From an uncultured bacterium (GTDB lineage: Bacteria; Latescibacterota; UBA2968; UBA8231), in contig CALDFW010000106.1 of assembly GCA_937942165.1 (NCBI GenBank), forward strand, positions 1-61,554: a stretch of 61,554 nt of DNA. The letters are read 5' to 3'. Position 1 is the stretch's first letter. Every line of letters starts with the position of its first letter. The notes beneath the pieces are model-generated. The model was not told the origin of the DNA. It searched no databases and worked only from the letters and a program-made list of their open reading frames with translations. Below, piece by piece: positions 45,692 to 59,082 of the stretch. A program made the position numbers and the translations under genes.

Positions 45692-46882
45692 TTACTCGAT
45701 GATCTCGGTGACCACACCCGAACCAATAGTGCGACCGCCTTCGCGGATAGCGAAGCGCAAGTTCGCTTCAACGGCGATGGGCTGAATTAGATTAACTTCC
45801 ATGGTAACATTATCACCGGGCATGACCATTTCAGTTCCTTCTGGCAAAGCGATCGTACCCGTAACGTCTGTCGTACGGAAGAAAAACTGCGGGCGATAAC
45901 CAGAGAAGAAGGGCTTTTCACGGCCACCCTCTTTGTTCGTCAAAACGTAAACTTCAGCTTTGAACTTGGTATGTGGGGTAATTGAGCTGGGCTTGCACAC
46001 AACCATGCCGCGCAACAATTCCTCTTTTTCAACACCGCGGAACAGCAAACCTACGTTGTCACCAGCCTGGCCCTCGTCCAGCAACTTGCGGAACATTTCG
46101 ACGCCAGTAATGGTCGTTTTACGCGTCTCGCGAATACCAACCAATTCCACTTCTTCGCCGACTTTAATGATGCCGCGCTCAACGCGACCAGTTCCCACTG
46201 TGCCGCGACCAGAGATGCTGAAAACATCTTCAATTGGCATCAAGAAGGGCTGATCAATCGGACGGTCAGGTAACGGAATCCACTCGTCTACGCTAGACAT
46301 GAGTTCGTCGATCGCTCCCGTGCCAGTCGGTCCATCATTTCCTTCAACGGCGGCCAATGCTGAACCGCGAATAACGGGCGTATCGTCTCCCTCAAAACCG
46401 TACTCGTTTAGCAGGTCACGAGTTTCTAACTCAACCAGGTCGAGTAGTTCCTCGTCATCAACTTGGTCAACTTTGTTCAAGAAGACACAAATGCGAGGCA
46501 CGTTAACCTGACGTGCGAGCAGGATGTGCTCACGAGTCTGAATCATGGGACCATCAGCAGCGCTAACAACCAAGATAGCGCCGTCCATCTGAGCAGCACC
46601 GGTGATCATGTTCTTGATGTAATCGGCGTGACCAGGACAGTCGACGTGAGCATAGTGACGATTCTCCGTCTCATATTCCTGGTGAGAAACGTTGATTGTT
46701 ACCCCACGCGCTTTTTCTTCTGGGGCATTATCAATCTCATCAATACCCTTAGCTTGAGCCAAGCCCATGCTGGCCAAGTGATTCGTAATGGCCGCAGTAA
46801 GGGTGGTCTTGCCGTGGTCGACGTGGCCGATCGTACCGATGTTTACGTGAGGCTTATTGCGCTCAAATTGTTCCTTGGCCAT
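45692..46882 (-). CDS. tuf: Elongation factor Tu
   Basis: 396 aa, with [18 protein letters not shown] and NKVD motifs. Confidence 0.97.
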   Translation of the reverse strand: MAKEQFERNKPHVNIGTIGHVDHGKTTLTAAITNHLASMGLAQAKGIDEIDNAPEEKARGVTINVSHQEYETENRHYAHVDCPGHADYIKNMITGAAQMDGAILVVSAADGPMIQTREHILLARQVNVPRICVFLNKVDQVDDEELLDLVELETRDLLNEYGFEGDDTPVIRGSALAAVEGNDGPTGTGAIDELMSSVDEWIPLPDRPIDQPFLMPIEDVFSISGRGTVGTGRVERGIIKVGEEVELVGIRETRKTTITGVEMFRKLLDEGQAGDNVGLLFRGVEKEELLRGMVVCKPSSITPHTKFKAEVYVLTNKEGGREKPFFSGYRPQFFFRTTDVTGTIALPEGTEMVMPGDNVTMEVNLIQPIAVEANLRFAIREGGRTIGSGVVTEIIE

Positions 46883-46923
46883 TTCTCCGATCCTCTCCTT
46901 ATACGTTAAAAGCTCTACGGTGT

Positions 46924-49011
46924 TTAGCTGTCTTTTCCATTGACTTTGGCGATAATCGCCTCAGTTACATTGCGAGGCACCTCGCTATACTTGGCAAACT
47001 GCAAGGTAAAAACTGCACGTCCCTGAGTAAGCGAACGCAAACGCGTCGCGTAACCAAACGTTTCACTCAGTGGAATGAAGGCCTTTATGACTTGGGCATC
47101 GGAACGTTGGTTCATACCTTGAACCTCTCCACGATGAGAGTTCAGATCTCCCATGACATCGCCCAGATATTGCTCTGGAACAACCACTTCAAGATCCATT
47201 ATGGGTTCCATCAGATACGGGTCGGACTTGGATGCCCCATCTTTAAAGCCAATCGAACCGGCAACCTTAAATGCCATTTCCGATGAATCGACTGCATGCG
47301 AAGAGCCATCAACGAGCGTAACTTTGACATCTTCGATTGGGTATCCGGCAACAGGTCCGGTCGTCATCGCTTCGGCGATGCCATCGTGTGCAGGTTTAAT
47401 AAATTCGCGCGGAACATTACCCCCAACGACCTTAGACTCAAAGACAAGTCCCGTTCCTGGTTCGCCAGGTTCAATTTCCAACTCAACGTGACCAAACTGA
47501 CCGCGACCTCCTGACTGACGGACGAAACGACCCGTCCCATGAGCCGGATTGCGAAGACCCTCTTTATAGGCGACCTGCGGCTGCCCAACGTTGGCTTCAA
47601 CCTTAAACTCACGAAATAATCGATCAATCAAGATTTCTAAGTGTAACTCACCCATACCCGACATGACCGTCTGTCCGGTCTCGTCGTCGACTTTGACTTT
47701 AAAGGTCGGATCTTCTTCACTCAGTTTGGCAAGAGCTACATGTAACTGTTCTTGATCCGCACGCGTCTTGGGCTCTATCGCTACGTGGATAACAGGCTCT
47801 GCAAACTCAATCTTTTCAAGGATAATGGGATTGCCCTCGTCGCAAAGCGTATCTCCCGTCGTCGTATCCTTTAAACCGACGAGTGCAACGATATCACCCG
47901 CATAGGCCTGCTTTAACTCTGTTCGGTCATTGGCATGCATCTCCACTAGACGAGAAACGCGCTCTCTCTTCTCAGTCATAGCGTTGTATACGTAGGATCC
48001 CGCTTCAATCACGCCAGAATATATGCGCGCAAAGGTCAAGCGCCCTACAAAAGGATCCGTCATGACCTTAAAAGCCAAAGCTGCAAAAGGCGCACCATCA
48101 TCGGTCTTGCGGATGGCTCCATCCTCAGACTTTGGCAACGTTCCATGCGTCTCACCGATGTCCGCTGGAGAAGGAAGGTAGTAAATTACCGCATCTAATA
48201 GTCGCTGAACGCCCTTGTATTTATAGGCACTACCGCAAGCAACCGGTACGGCCTTCAGAGAAACAGTCGCTTGGCGCAATGCCGAGCGAATCTCTTCCGG
48301 ACTAATGTCTTCGCCCTCAAGAAACTTTTCCAGCAGTCCGTCATCAAACTCTGCGACAGCATCAAGCATCTTTTCTCTGTACTCTAACGCCTGAGGCATT
48401 AAATCTTCGGGAATTTCTCCCTCGACAAAAGTCGATCCCTGCGATGATTCCTCAAACGTGACCGCTATCATCTCAATCAGGTCGATCATACCGTTGAACG
48501 TCTCGCCTGACCCAATAGGCAACTGAATGGGAACAAAGTTGCTGCGGAGGCGTTCCTCTAACATACCGAGGACTTTGTAGAAATCGGCGCCGCTGCGGTC
48601 CATCTTGTTTACGAAAGCAATCCGTGGCACTTCATACTTGTCAGCCTGTCGCCATACCGTTTCCGATTGGGGTTCGACGCCACCCACAGCACAAAAGACA
48701 CCAATGGCACCGTCCAAGACGCGCAGCGACCGCTCTACCTCGGCAGTGAAGTCTACATGGCCGGGTGTATCAATGATATTGACGCGATGATCTTTCCACT
48801 CACAGGCGGTTGCAGCGGATGTGATCGTGATACCGCGCTCCCTCTCCTGCTCCATCCAGTCCATGGTTGCTGTGCCCTCATGGACTTCTCCCATGCGATG
48901 CAGTCGTCCCGTATAGTACAGGATGCGTTCTGTCGTCGTCGTTTTACCCGCATCAATATGGGCGGCAATGCCGATATTTCGGGTTTTTTCAAGTGAAAAT
49001 TGACGTGCCAT
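46924..49011 (-). CDS. fusA: Elongation factor G
   Basis: 695 aa, [19 protein letters not shown] and DTPGHVDF. Confidence 0.97.
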   Translation of the reverse strand: MARQFSLEKTRNIGIAAHIDAGKTTTTERILYYTGRLHRMGEVHEGTATMDWMEQERERGITITSAATACEWKDHRVNIIDTPGHVDFTAEVERSLRVLDGAIGVFCAVGGVEPQSETVWRQADKYEVPRIAFVNKMDRSGADFYKVLGMLEERLRSNFVPIQLPIGSGETFNGMIDLIEMIAVTFEESSQGSTFVEGEIPEDLMPQALEYREKMLDAVAEFDDGLLEKFLEGEDISPEEIRSALRQATVSLKAVPVACGSAYKYKGVQRLLDAVIYYLPSPADIGETHGTLPKSEDGAIRKTDDGAPFAALAFKVMTDPFVGRLTFARIYSGVIEAGSYVYNAMTEKRERVSRLVEMHANDRTELKQAYAGDIVALVGLKDTTTGDTLCDEGNPIILEKIEFAEPVIHVAIEPKTRADQEQLHVALAKLSEEDPTFKVKVDDETGQTVMSGMGELHLEILIDRLFREFKVEANVGQPQVAYKEGLRNPAHGTGRFVRQSGGRGQFGHVELEIEPGEPGTGLVFESKVVGGNVPREFIKPAHDGIAEAMTTGPVAGYPIEDVKVTLVDGSSHAVDSSEMAFKVAGSIGFKDGASKSDPYLMEPIMDLEVVVPEQYLGDVMGDLNSHRGEVQGMNQRSDAQVIKAFIPLSETFGYATRLRSLTQGRAVFTLQFAKYSEVPRNVTEAIIAKVNGKDS

Positions 49012-49028
49012 CTTCTCTAATCGCCTCT

Positions 49029-49499
49029 TTAAAATCTGTAGTGAGCAAAAGCTTTGTTGGCTTCTGCCATGCGGTGGACGTCATCACGCATTCGGACGGC
49101 GCCCCCCTCCCCTTTAGATGCTGCTATAAACTCGTTGGCTAAGCGCTCGGCCATAGTCCGCTCGGAACGCTCACGGGCAAAGCGAATCAACCAACGAATG
49201 GAGCGAGCAGTGCGTTCATCGGGGCGAACCTCTACTGGCACTTGGTAAGTCTGACCACCCACGCGACGTGATTTGACCATAACCATTGGCTTGGCATTCT
49301 CCAGAGCCTTCTGAAAAATATCGATGGCATCTTGACCAGCACGCTCTTCGACCAAATCAATTGCGAGATAAAAGATGCGCTCAGCAACACTGCGCTTCCC
49401 CTGCTTCATCAAGGAGTTAATAAAACGAGCGGCCAACACATTATTGAACTTTGGATCCGGTAGTAACTTGCGCTTAATAGCTTTTTTGCGACGCGACAT
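49029..49499 (-). CDS. rpsG: 30S ribosomal protein S7
   Basis: 156 aa, [20 protein letters not shown]... Confidence 0.95.
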   Translation of the reverse strand: MSRRKKAIKRKLLPDPKFNNVLAARFINSLMKQGKRSVAERIFYLAIDLVEERAGQDAIDIFQKALENAKPMVMVKSRRVGGQTYQVPVEVRPDERTARSIRWLIRFARERSERTMAERLANEFIAASKGEGGAVRMRDDVHRMAEANKAFAHYRF

Positions 49500-49518
49500 A
49501 ATTCCCTCTTATCAGCCC

Positions 49519-49890
49519 TTAATCCGGTCTGCGAGCGCCGTACTTCGAACGCCCTTGTTTGCGATCAGCTACGCCGGTGGCATCCAATACGCCCCGCACG
49601 ATATGGTAGCGCACACCCGGACAATCCTTGATGCGCCCCCCTCGTACCAAGACGATGGAGTGCTCTTGAAGAGTGTGTCCTTCGCCGGGAACATAGGCGG
49701 TAACTTCAATGCCGGTAGTGAGTCGTACGCGCGCCATTTTGCGCAATGCAGAGTTAGGCTTCTTCGGCGTCGTCGTGAAAACACGCGTGCAAACACCGCG
49801 ACGCTGTGGGCAGCTTTCAAGCGCCGGAGCGTCTGTCTTTTTCAGCGTTTTGCTTCGGCCCTTTCGGACCAGTTGGCTAATTGTCGGCAA
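49519..49890 (-). CDS. rpsL: 30S ribosomal protein S12
   Basis: 123 aa, (M)[11 protein letters not shown]... The start codon is TTG (49890-49888), with a GGGAG ribosome-binding site 10 nt upstream. Confidence 0.95.
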   Translation of the reverse strand: MPTISQLVRKGRSKTLKKTDAPALESCPQRRGVCTRVFTTTPKKPNSALRKMARVRLTTGIEVTAYVPGEGHTLQEHSIVLVRGGRIKDCPGVRYHIVRGVLDATGVADRKQGRSKYGARRPD

Positions 49891-49932
49891 AGCCTATTTT
49901 CTCCCTTTATTGCACATAAATAGCAAACTCAT

Positions 49933-49961
49933 AAGGTAAATGCACATCAAATAACTGTCAA
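49933..49961 (-). promoter_or_regulatory. Weak candidate sigma-70 promoter in the rpoC-rpsL spacer
   Basis: The minus strand reads TTGACA (49961-49956), a 17-nt spacer, then TACCTT (49938-49933). The -10 is poor. Pattern match only. Confidence 0.25.
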
Positions 49962-49965
49962 TACT

Positions 49966-52900
49966 TTATTCGTCAAGAACACCGGTTTCTTTACTGGCAA
50001 CGACCCCTTGGCCATCTTCGGAGATTCCAACTTCTCCATCCCCTGTTCCAATTAGGTCTTCATAGCCAGCACCGCGATAAATATCTGACCCCGTTCCGGC
50101 AGGAATAAGGCGTCCAATAATGACGTTTTCCTTCAAGCCACGCAGGTGGTCAACCTTGCCCTGTACTGCGGCTTCTGTAAGCACGCGAGTTGTTTCCTGG
50201 AAAGAAGCAGCAGATATAAAGCTATCTGTGCGCAGCGATGCTCGTGTGATACCAAGCAAGATCGGCTGACAGGTTGCAGGATCTCCACCTTCCCCCAGGA
50301 CCTTCTCGTTCTCTTTGTTGAAACGAATCTTATCAACTTCCTCACCTTCGAGAAAGTTGGTATCACCCGGATCAATTATCTTCACTTTCTGAAGCATCTG
50401 ACGAACAATCGTTTCAATATGCTTGTCATTGATATCTACAGCCTGCAGGCGATACACATCCTGGATCTCGTTCACCAAGTATTCTTGAACTTTATGCGTA
50501 CCTTGGACCTTTAGAATATCATGAGGATTGACCGAGCCTTCAGATAGACGTTCACCAGCAACAACCCGGTCTCCCTCGTGCACTCTCAAGTGCTTCCCGT
50601 ATGGCACCAGGTATTTCTTTTCTTCCTCGTCAATGGAAGTTACGATCAGTTCGCGGTTACCTCGTACTATACCACCAAAACGCACCGTTCCATCAATCTC
50701 GGAAATAACCGCCGGCTCCTTGGGCCGACGCGCTTCAAAAAGCTCCGCAACGCGGGGTAAACCACCCGTAATGTCACGCGTTTTTGATCGCTCACGAGGA
50801 ATCTTGACAAGGACTTGGCCCGGTTGAATATCAGATTCATCCGAAACCAACAAACGAGCCCCAACGGGAATATGATAAGAGCGCGTTCCTTTTTCATCGC
50901 TGGAAATCTCGATGAGAGGATTCAGCGTACGGTCGCGCTGCTCCACGATGGTACGAGTACTCATACCCGTGGTCTCTTCAAACTCTTCACGCATCGTGAC
51001 CCCGTCGATGATATCTACAAAGCGCACCGAACCCGAACGATCTGAAACAATTACATTGCTGTAGGGATCCCACTCATAAAGCACTGAGTCTGATTCAACG
51101 TCTTGACCATCGACGACCTTCAACAGGGCCCCGTAAGGGACGACGATGCGTGAACGAACCCGGTTCTGCTCGTCGAGCAGTTCGATTTCGCCGTTGCGTC
51201 CCAGCACAGTAGTACCCAAATCAGGGTTTTCTACAGTATCCACGTTTACAAAGTTAACGGTACCAACGCGACGAGCTAGGATCTGCGAGTTCTCGGCGAT
51301 TCGGCTAGCGGTGCCGCCGATGTGGAACGTACGCAACGTAAGCTGTGTGCCAGGCTCACCAATACTCTGCGCAGCCACCACTCCCACAGCTTCACCGATA
51401 TTGACCAACTCACCGGTCGCCATGTTACGCCCGTAGCAATTGGCGCACACACCGCGATCCGATTCGCAGTTCAATACCGATCGAATCAGCACTTCTTCCA
51501 CGTCTTCAGCTTGAGCAATGCGGTGTGCATCCGCTTCATCTACCAGTTTGCCCAATTCCATGACGACTTCGCCGTTAGCATCAATGACGTCTTCTTGCAG
51601 CACGCGACCGACGATCCGGTCAGCCAAAGGCTGAATAACTTCCTCACCGTCTTTTAAAGCACCGACCCACAGCCCTTGACTCGTACCACAGTCGATTTCG
51701 CTTATAACGACATCTTGAGCAACATCTACCATGCGACGCGTCAAATAACCCGCTTCGGCGGTCTTCAGAGCCGTATCCGCCAGTCCCTTGCGGGCTCCGT
51801 GCGTTGAGATAAAGTATTCCAGCACCGAGAGACCCTCTTTGAAAGAGGCGATGATGGGCGTTTCAATAATCTCCCCAACGGCACCTGTCAGCTTTTTCTG
51901 AGGCTTGTTCATCAAGCCACGCATTCCGCCCAACTGCTTGATCTGGTCTTCGCTACCGCGAGCACCGGAATCCTTCATTATGTAGACTGAGTTAAAACCA
52001 TCTTCTGCTGCCTCTAAGGTCCCCTGTACGGCGCGGGATACGCTCGAGGTGGCATGTGTCCATACATCGATAATCTTGTTGTAGCGTTCACCGTCGGTAA
52101 TGATACCGTTGGCGTACTGATCGCGTATCTTCTCTACCTCGCCCAGGGCCTCGTCTATGATGTCCGTCTTGGCATCCGGCACAACTACGTCATCGATAGA
52201 GATAGTGATGCCTGCCATCGTAGCATAGTTGTAGCCAACGCGTTTCAGGCTGTCGACAAACTCGGCGGTCTGCCGATTACCCAGCAAACGATGTACGTCG
52301 GACGTGATCTTCTTTATGTCACCTTTGTCAATAGTGCGGTTAATAAAGCCGATCTCGGAAGGAAGCACTTCATTGAAGATCAGCCTACCAACAGTCGTAT
52401 CGATTATTTCACCCTCGATACGCACCTTGATAGGTTGATGTAAGGTGATACAATCCGATTCATAGGCAGAGCGTGCATCCAACACGTTAGCAAAGCAACG
52501 ATCTTCTTTTTCGGCCTCGCTGAAGCGCACTTTCGTCAAGTAGTAACAACCCAATACAATATCCTGCGGGTTATCCATGATAACTGGCTCACCATCGGCC
52601 GGTTTGAGGATATTGTTTGCAGCGAGCATGAGCAGACGGGCCTCAATTTGAGCTTCGAACGACAGCGGGACGTGCACCGCCATCTGGTCTCCGTCAAAAT
52701 CGGCGTTGAATGCAGCACATACTAATGGATGCAAACGGATCGCTTTACCTTCTACAAGACTGGGCTGAAAAGCCTGAATGCCAAGTCGGTGCAGTGTCGG
52801 CGCTCTGTTTAGCAGAACGCAGTGGTCTTGGATAATTTCTTCGAGAATATCCCAGACTTCAGGGCGCTCACGCTCGACCAATTTCTTGGCGCTCTTAACG

Positions 52901-54069
52901 GTCTGAACCAAACCTTTCTCTTCAAGTTTTTTGATTACAAATGGCTTAAACAATTCCAGCGCCATACTCTTAGGCAAGCCGCACTGATGTAACTTCAGTT
53001 CGGGGCCAACAACAATGACCGAACGTCCCGAATAATCGACGCGCTTACCCAACAGGTTTTGACGAAAACGGCCCTGCTTCCCCTTTAGCAAATCGCTAAG
53101 AGACTTGAGAGAGCGGTTACCATCGCCACGCACCGCACGTGACCGACGTCCATTGTCAAAGAGTGCGTCGACGGCTTCCTGAAGCATGCGCTTCTCGTTG
53201 CGCAAAATAACCTCAGGAGCCTTAATCTGAATAAGCTTCTTGAGCCTGTTATTCCGGTTGATCACTCGACGGTACAGATCGTTCAAATCCGACGTGGCAA
53301 ACCTCCCACCTTCGAGTGGAACAAGCGGGCGTAAATCCGGTGGAATTACGGGAATGTTATCCAATATCATCCATTCAGGACGATTCTCGGACTGGCGAAA
53401 GGCCTCGACTACCTTGAGGCGCTTTAACGCTTCCTGTTTTCTCTGCACGGAGGTTTCCATGCGAACCTGCGTCCGCAGTTCTGCAGAGAGTTCTTCAATA
53501 TCAATCTCGGCCAGCAGATTCATTACGGCGGGCGCGCCCATATCGACCTCAGGATCGTACCCCTCTTCCTGCAGATCGATCAGCTCTTCCTCGGTGAGGA
53601 GTTGAAAGCGTTCGACGTCGGGTGCATCCTTGGGGTCGGATACGACATAAGACTCGTAGTAGAGAACGCGCTCTAAATTACGCATCGATATGTCGAGTAG
53701 TGCACCGATCCGAGATGGGAGTGACTTAAAATACCAGATGTGAGATACGGGAACGGCCAGTTCGATATGACCGAGGCGCTCACGACGAACCTTCGCTTGC
53801 GTAACTTCAACGCCACAGCGATCACATACAACACCCCGGTAACGAATGCCCTTGTACTTGCCACAGTGGCAGTTCCAGTCTTTAACCGGCCCAAATATAC
53901 GTTCGCAAAATAGGCCATCACGCTCTGGCTTAAACGAGCGATAGTTAATGGTCTCGGGTTTAGTCACCTCTCCATGCGACCACGCCCGAATGGTATCGGG
54001 CGAAGCCAACTGGATGCGAATCGAGTCGAAATCTGTTGGTTTTCTTGATGCACTAGCGGTCTTTAACAC
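49966..54069 (-). CDS. rpoC: DNA-directed RNA polymerase subunit beta'
   Basis: 1367 aa, catalytic [17 protein letters not shown]-terminal zinc-finger cysteines (CHCGKY...CDRCGV). Confidence 0.97.
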   Translation of the reverse strand: MLKTASASRKPTDFDSIRIQLASPDTIRAWSHGEVTKPETINYRSFKPERDGLFCERIFGPVKDWNCHCGKYKGIRYRGVVCDRCGVEVTQAKVRRERLGHIELAVPVSHIWYFKSLPSRIGALLDISMRNLERVLYYESYVVSDPKDAPDVERFQLLTEEELIDLQEEGYDPEVDMGAPAVMNLLAEIDIEELSAELRTQVRMETSVQRKQEALKRLKVVEAFRQSENRPEWMILDNIPVIPPDLRPLVPLEGGRFATSDLNDLYRRVINRNNRLKKLIQIKAPEVILRNEKRMLQEAVDALFDNGRRSRAVRGDGNRSLKSLSDLLKGKQGRFRQNLLGKRVDYSGRSVIVVGPELKLHQCGLPKSMALELFKPFVIKKLEEKGLVQTVKSAKKLVERERPEVWDILEEIIQDHCVLLNRAPTLHRLGIQAFQPSLVEGKAIRLHPLVCAAFNADFDGDQMAVHVPLSFEAQIEARLLMLAANNILKPADGEPVIMDNPQDIVLGCYYLTKVRFSEAEKEDRCFANVLDARSAYESDCITLHQPIKVRIEGEIIDTTVGRLIFNEVLPSEIGFINRTIDKGDIKKITSDVHRLLGNRQTAEFVDSLKRVGYNYATMAGITISIDDVVVPDAKTDIIDEALGEVEKIRDQYANGIITDGERYNKIIDVWTHATSSVSRAVQGTLEAAEDGFNSVYIMKDSGARGSEDQIKQLGGMRGLMNKPQKKLTGAVGEIIETPIIASFKEGLSVLEYFISTHGARKGLADTALKTAEAGYLTRRMVDVAQDVVISEIDCGTSQGLWVGALKDGEEVIQPLADRIVGRVLQEDVIDANGEVVMELGKLVDEADAHRIAQAEDVEEVLIRSVLNCESDRGVCANCYGRNMATGELVNIGEAVGVVAAQSIGEPGTQLTLRTFHIGGTASRIAENSQILARRVGTVNFVNVDTVENPDLGTTVLGRNGEIELLDEQNRVRSRIVVPYGALLKVVDGQDVESDSVLYEWDPYSNVIVSDRSGSVRFVDIIDGVTMREEFEETTGMSTRTIVEQRDRTLNPLIEISSDEKGTRSYHIPVGARLLVSDESDIQPGQVLVKIPRERSKTRDITGGLPRVAELFEARRPKEPAVISEIDGTVRFGGIVRGNRELIVTSIDEEEKKYLVPYGKHLRVHEGDRVVAGERLSEGSVNPHDILKVQGTHKVQEYLVNEIQDVYRLQAVDINDKHIETIVRQMLQKVKIIDPGDTNFLEGEEVDKIRFNKENEKVLGEGGDPATCQPILLGITRASLRTDSFISAASFQETTRVLTEAAVQGKVDHLRGLKENVIIGRLIPAGTGSDIYRGAGYEDLIGTGDGEVGISEDGQGVVASKETGVLDE

Positions 54070-54111
54070 ATCAGCCCCCTTTGCGTATAGACCTTTGCGG
54101 ATCCGCTCAGA

Positions 54112-57100
54112 TTAGTAAGTTTCAATGAGTCTGCTATCTTCTAGAATGACGTCAAGGCATAGGCTCTGAAGCTCTTTAACCAAGACGTTGAAAGATTCAG
54201 GTATGCCCGGTTCAGGCGGATTGTCTCCCTTGACGATCGCTTCGTAAATTTTTGATCTACCAGCAACGTCATCGGATTTAACCGTCAACATTTCCTGCAG
54301 CGTGTATGCCGCACCATATGCTTCCAAAGCCCAAACTTCCATCTCACCAAAGCGCTGGCCTCCAAACTGCGCTTTTCCACCCAGTGGCTGCTGCGTAACC
54401 AGTGAATATGGTCCAATTGAACGAGCATGGATCTTATCCGCCACGAGGTGGGACAACTTGAGCATGTATATGTAGCCAACGGTAACTCGCTTATCCAGCT
54501 TGTCTCCCGTTCGACCATCATACAACACTTGCTTTCCATCTTCGGCTAAACCAGCATCCTTCAGAAGTCCCTTGACCTCGCCCAGAGCAGCACCGTCAAA
54601 TACGGGCGTAGCGACATGCATTCCCAGTGCGCTAGCAGCCATACCTAAGTGCGTTTCAAAAATCTGCCCGAGGTTCATACGCGACGGCACACCAAGCGGA
54701 TTGAGGACGATATCAACCGGCCTACCGTCCTCTCCAAAAGGCATATCCTCTTCGGGAGCGATGTGGGCGACAACGCCCTTATTCCCGTGGCGGCCTGCCA
54801 TCTTATCTCCTACCGACAGCTTGCGTTTCTTAGCCACATACACCTTCACGAGTTGAGCAATACCAGGAGGAAGCTCATCGCCGCGAGTTAGGCGCTCCAC
54901 GTCACGCTCTTTCTGCTCATCTGCCAGCTGTAACTGTTCTCCGGCATACCGCAACAGCTGGTCGACGCGCGCATCGACATCATCGTCTCCGGTCCAACCA
55001 TCTTCCGGAACCACCGACGTGAAATCAATGCGCTCCAGCAGTCGTTCGCTCATCTGAGTGCCCTCGCGAACCACGACACTTTCGTCTTCTACGGAGCGCA
55101 AACGTCCCAGCTTTTGGTCGCCAATAATCTCGATCAGCATCTGATTGCGTTCGCTGAGAAGGCGCTCTTTTTTGCTTTCTGCTTCGGCCTCTATCTCAGC
55201 GATGGCATTTTTCTCTTTGCGACGAGAAGTTTCGCTTCTCTCTTTTCGAGAAAAAACCTTGCGATCAATTACCACACCCTCCATACCAGGAGGAGCTTTA
55301 AGCGAGGCATCTCTAACATCTCCGGCCTTCTCACCAAAAATCGCTCGCAGTAGACGCTCTTCTGGAGAGAGTTCACTTTCGCCTTTAGGAGTGACCTTAC
55401 CAACCAGAATATCGCCGGGACCAACTTCGGCTCCCACGCGTATGATGCCCTCATCATCCAAGTTCCGAACCGCTGTTTCACTCACATTGGGAATCTCGCG
55501 CGTTATTTCTTCCTGACCACGCTTGGTATCCCGCACCTGTAGCTCAAATTCTTCTATGTGAATTGAGGTGAACACATCACGCTTGAGCAAACGCTCGCTG
55601 ATGATTATGGCATCCTCAAAGTTATAACCGTTCCAAGGCATAAAAGCGACGCGCACGTTCATGCCTAATGCAAGGTCTCCGCGCTCTGTAGCGGCCCCGT
55701 CTGCGAGTGGATCTCCATTGCCAACCTTGTCCCCCACTTTGACCAGCGGCCGCTGGTTAATACAGCAATCCTGATTAGAGCGGGAAAATTTTGTGAGCTT
55801 ATACTCATCCGTATCGGCCATATCCAGCGGAGTAAGCGGCGTGCTGTGTTTCTTATCGCGCTGAACCACAATACGGTTTGCACTCACACTGACGACCTGC
55901 CCCGGATTCCGAGCGACGATTACCGCACCTGAATCACGAGCGACCTTACTTTCCATACCCGTTCCGACAAAAGGGGCCTGCGTAAAAAGCAGGGGCACCG
56001 CTTGACGCTGCATGTTCGATCCCATCAGCGCACGGTTTGCATCATCGTGTTCGAGGAACGGAATAAGTGCGGCTGCAGCACTGACCAACTGCTTGGGCGA
56101 CACATCCATATACTCGAGTTCGTCGGGCGTGACCATTGGATAGTCATCGCGACGACGCGCTTTTACGAGTGGATTAACATAATTGCCCTTATCGTCAATA
56201 GGCGCATTTGCCTGGGCGATGGTATACTTATCCTCTTCGGCTGCAGTAAGGAACTCTATTTCGTTTGTTACGCGTCCATTAACAACCTTGCGGTAGGGCG
56301 TTTCCAAAAACCCGAACGCGTTGACGCGAGCATACGTGCTCAACGAAGAAATTAGACCAATATTCGGACCTTCGGGCGTCTCTATAGGACAGATACGACC
56401 ATAGTGAGTGTAGTGCACATCGCGTACTTCAAAACCTGCGCGATCACGGCTCAGCCCACCTGGCCCTAACGCACTTAAACGACGCTTGTGCGTAAGCTCG
56501 TCAAGTGGGTTGGTCTGCTGCATAAACTGCGAAAGCTGACTAGACCCGAAAAACGCCTGAACTACCGTCGAAACGGTGCGTGCATTAACCAAGTCATGCG
56601 GAGTAACCTGGTCCTCATCGCGCAGACTCATTCGCTCTCGAATCGTGCGCGACATGCGTGTTAAACCAATGCTGAACTGGTTGGCAAGCAGTTCCCCCAC
56701 CAAACGCACGCGGCGATTGCCGAGATGATCAATATCGTCAGTGTTACCCTGCCCGACACGCAATCCCATGAGGTAGCGAATAATCGAGAGAAAATCTTCC
56801 ATGTACAAAATGGTGCTCTCGAAGGGAATTCCAACATCCAATCGCCGGTTAATACGATATCGCCCAACGTCGCCCAGATTGTAACGCTTAGGTTGGAAGA
56901 AGAGGCGCTCAAGCAGTCCGCGCGCTGTTTCAATATTGGGGGGATCTCCGGGGCGAAGCAGGTTGTAGACGCGCGTTAAGGCATCTTCTTCCCCTTCACT
57001 CGGATCCTTGTTAAGCGTGTTCTCCATAATGCCCGGATCGTTTCCTTCCGGAGCAACTAAAGCCGTGATCTTCTTAATCCCAGCCTCTTGGAGTGCAGTA

Positions 57101-57906
57101 ACTTTTTCATCGGTAATTAGGTCGTGAGCCTCAAGTATGATTTCACCGGTGCTCTTGTCAACTATATCATTGCCCGCATTGTGACGGCCGGCCAACTCTT
57201 CATCAACAGAGACTTCGATATCGTCGCGGAAAAGGCTTAAAACTTCGCCTTCTTTCGAGAAGCCAAGCGCCTTGAGTAGAAGCGTTACGGGCAGCTTACG
57301 GCGTCGATCAATGTGGACATACATGATATCGTTTATGTCCATACTGAACTCAAGCCAAGGCCCCTTGGCAGGCAAAATGCGAGCTGAATAAAGCTCTTTA
57401 CCGTTCGGGTGCACCGTCTCGTCGAAAAAGACACCAGGTGATCGATGCAGTTGACTTACCACAACGCGCTCAGCGCCATTGACAATGAAGGTGCCTTGAT
57501 TTGTCATGAGCGGCAGTTCGCCCAAAAAGACGGACTGCTCAACAATGTCCTTAACGGGTTTGTCTGCACTCTCCTTATCCCGCGTGACCAATCGCAGCGT
57601 GGCGCGTAGAGGCGCTGCGAAAGTCATACCGCGCTCGCGGCACTCTTCCTCACTGTAGCGTGGGTTGCCAATGGAATAGTCGACGTACTCAAGCGAGAAA
57701 ATCCCCTGGGCGTCCGTAACGGGGAAAATACTCTCAAAAACCAGATGCAACCCTCTGCGCTGGCGCCGCCTTGGCGCTACACCCAACTGCAGAAAATCCT
57801 GGTAGGAGTCGATCTGCACCGAGAGTAGATTCGGCATCTCCACAACTTCTTTGATCTTACCGAAAGAATGCCTCTCAATACTGCCGTCAGTCTTGGCCAA
57901 AGTCAA
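54112..57906 (-). CDS. rpoB: DNA-directed RNA polymerase subunit beta
   Basis: 1264 aa, ...[28 protein letters not shown]... The start is ambiguous. TTG at 57906 lies only 2 nt after the AGGAG ribosome-binding site, while TTG at 57900 has an 8-nt spacing and may be the real start. Confidence 0.96.
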   Translation of the reverse strand: MTLAKTDGSIERHSFGKIKEVVEMPNLLSVQIDSYQDFLQLGVAPRRRQRRGLHLVFESIFPVTDAQGIFSLEYVDYSIGNPRYSEEECRERGMTFAAPLRATLRLVTRDKESADKPVKDIVEQSVFLGELPLMTNQGTFIVNGAERVVVSQLHRSPGVFFDETVHPNGKELYSARILPAKGPWLEFSMDINDIMYVHIDRRRKLPVTLLLKALGFSKEGEVLSLFRDDIEVSVDEELAGRHNAGNDIVDKSTGEIILEAHDLITDEKVTALQEAGIKKITALVAPEGNDPGIMENTLNKDPSEGEEDALTRVYNLLRPGDPPNIETARGLLERLFFQPKRYNLGDVGRYRINRRLDVGIPFESTILYMEDFLSIIRYLMGLRVGQGNTDDIDHLGNRRVRLVGELLANQFSIGLTRMSRTIRERMSLRDEDQVTPHDLVNARTVSTVVQAFFGSSQLSQFMQQTNPLDELTHKRRLSALGPGGLSRDRAGFEVRDVHYTHYGRICPIETPEGPNIGLISSLSTYARVNAFGFLETPYRKVVNGRVTNEIEFLTAAEEDKYTIAQANAPIDDKGNYVNPLVKARRRDDYPMVTPDELEYMDVSPKQLVSAAAALIPFLEHDDANRALMGSNMQRQAVPLLFTQAPFVGTGMESKVARDSGAVIVARNPGQVVSVSANRIVVQRDKKHSTPLTPLDMADTDEYKLTKFSRSNQDCCINQRPLVKVGDKVGNGDPLADGAATERGDLALGMNVRVAFMPWNGYNFEDAIIISERLLKRDVFTSIHIEEFELQVRDTKRGQEEITREIPNVSETAVRNLDDEGIIRVGAEVGPGDILVGKVTPKGESELSPEERLLRAIFGEKAGDVRDASLKAPPGMEGVVIDRKVFSRKERSETSRRKEKNAIAEIEAEAESKKERLLSERNQMLIEIIGDQKLGRLRSVEDESVVVREGTQMSERLLERIDFTSVVPEDGWTGDDDVDARVDQLLRYAGEQLQLADEQKERDVERLTRGDELPPGIAQLVKVYVAKKRKLSVGDKMAGRHGNKGVVAHIAPEEDMPFGEDGRPVDIVLNPLGVPSRMNLGQIFETHLGMAASALGMHVATPVFDGAALGEVKGLLKDAGLAEDGKQVLYDGRTGDKLDKRVTVGYIYMLKLSHLVADKIHARSIGPYSLVTQQPLGGKAQFGGQRFGEMEVWALEAYGAAYTLQEMLTVKSDDVAGRSKIYEAIVKGDNPPEPGIPESFNVLVKELQSLCLDVILEDSRLIETY

Positions 57907-57930
57907 AACTCCTTATTGCTAGTTAAGGCA

Positions 57931-57989
57931 AAAGCTCATGGAGACACCTGCTTCCTCACCGAAAGGGAAGCTGGCGAACCATGAGCTTT
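57931..57989 (-). promoter_or_regulatory. Long imperfect hairpin in the rplL-rpoB spacer (candidate attenuator / RNase processing site)
   Basis: The outer stem aaagctcatgg (57931-57941) pairs perfectly with ccatgagcttt (57979-57989). The inner stem gcttcc (57950-57955) pairs with ggaagc (57966-57971). An internal loop separates the two stems. Confidence 0.5.
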
Positions 57990-58056
57990 AATTAATTACC
58001 GCAAAATGCAGAATATATACGGAGAAAATCAATGAAAGTGCCTATGAACAAACCCT

Positions 58057-58458
58057 CTACTTGATCTCGACCGTAGCGCCGGCTTCCTGCAGGCGATTCT
58101 GAAGGTCCTCAGCTTCATCCTTGCTGACGCCTTCTTTGACAGCCTTGGGCGCTTCATCAACCATGGCCTTAGCCTCTTTCAAGCCCAGGCTGGTAATTTC
58201 GCGTACGACCTTGATGACCTGAATCTTCTTATCGCCGGCACCTGAGAGGATCACGTCAAAAGAATCCTTCTCTTCAGCAGCAGCCTCACCACCACCGGCC
58301 GCGACAGCACCACCGGCCATCATAACGGGCGCGGCAGCGGATACGCCAAACTTGTCCTCCAACGCCTTGACCAAATCGGCCAGTTCCAAAACCGTCAAGC
58401 CGCCGATCGTCTCAATAATCTCAGCAACTTTTTCGCTGGTTGTCGTTTCTTCACTCAT
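58057..58458 (-). CDS. rplL: 50S ribosomal protein L7/L12
   Basis: 133 aa, Ala/Gly hinge and ...[28 protein letters not shown]... Confidence 0.96.
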   Translation of the reverse strand: MSEETTTSEKVAEIIETIGGLTVLELADLVKALEDKFGVSAAAPVMMAGGAVAAGGGEAAAEEKDSFDVILSGAGDKKIQVIKVVREITSLGLKEAKAMVDEAPKAVKEGVSKDEAEDLQNRLQEAGATVEIK

Positions 58459-58517
58459 TTGTCCAGACCTCCTAAGGGATTTGCGGATAATTTCGAAAAC
58501 TGTTTATGAATACAGGC

Positions 58518-59048
58518 TTACTCTGCATCGCCTGTCTTTTGTTTTTCTTCGATGGCTGCAACTACGCCAACCAAATTGCGCAACAGACCGTTCAGAACGC
58601 CCGCCAAACCATACATCGGGCTCTGAACGCTTCCCAAAACTTTACCCAAGAGCTCTTCGCGCGACGGCAATTTGGCCAAAGCTTTTATCTCATCGGGAGA
58701 CAGGACTCGGCCGTCCATGAAACCCGTTTTTATAGAGAAGGTATCGTCCTCATCAGCGAAGTCTTGTAAGATCTTCGCCGGGGCAATTGGATCCTCGTTT
58801 GTAAAGGCTATAGCAGTTGGACCAATCAGATGTTCATCCATGCCAGAGATCCCGGCCTCTGCAGCAGCCCGTTTCGCCAACCTGTTTTTAACAACCTGAT
58901 AGCCCACTTCAGCCTCGCGCAGTTTGTTCCGTAAGCCCGTAACCTTAGCCACATCCAGCCCTGTAAAATCAGCCAGATAAATGGCCTTGGCATTGGACAT
59001 TGCTGCGGTTAATTCTTCAACCTTATCTATTTTTTCCGACGTAGGCAT
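58518..59048 (-). CDS. rplJ: 50S ribosomal protein L10
   Basis: 176 aa, ...AIYLADFTGLDVAKVTGLRNKLREA... Confidence 0.94.
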   Translation of the reverse strand: MPTSEKIDKVEELTAAMSNAKAIYLADFTGLDVAKVTGLRNKLREAEVGYQVVKNRLAKRAAAEAGISGMDEHLIGPTAIAFTNEDPIAPAKILQDFADEDDTFSIKTGFMDGRVLSPDEIKALAKLPSREELLGKVLGSVQSPMYGLAGVLNGLLRNLVGVVAAIEEKQKTGDAE

Positions 59049-59082
59049 TGTAGTTCCTTATTTAACTCAAGCGCTGTCTGGC

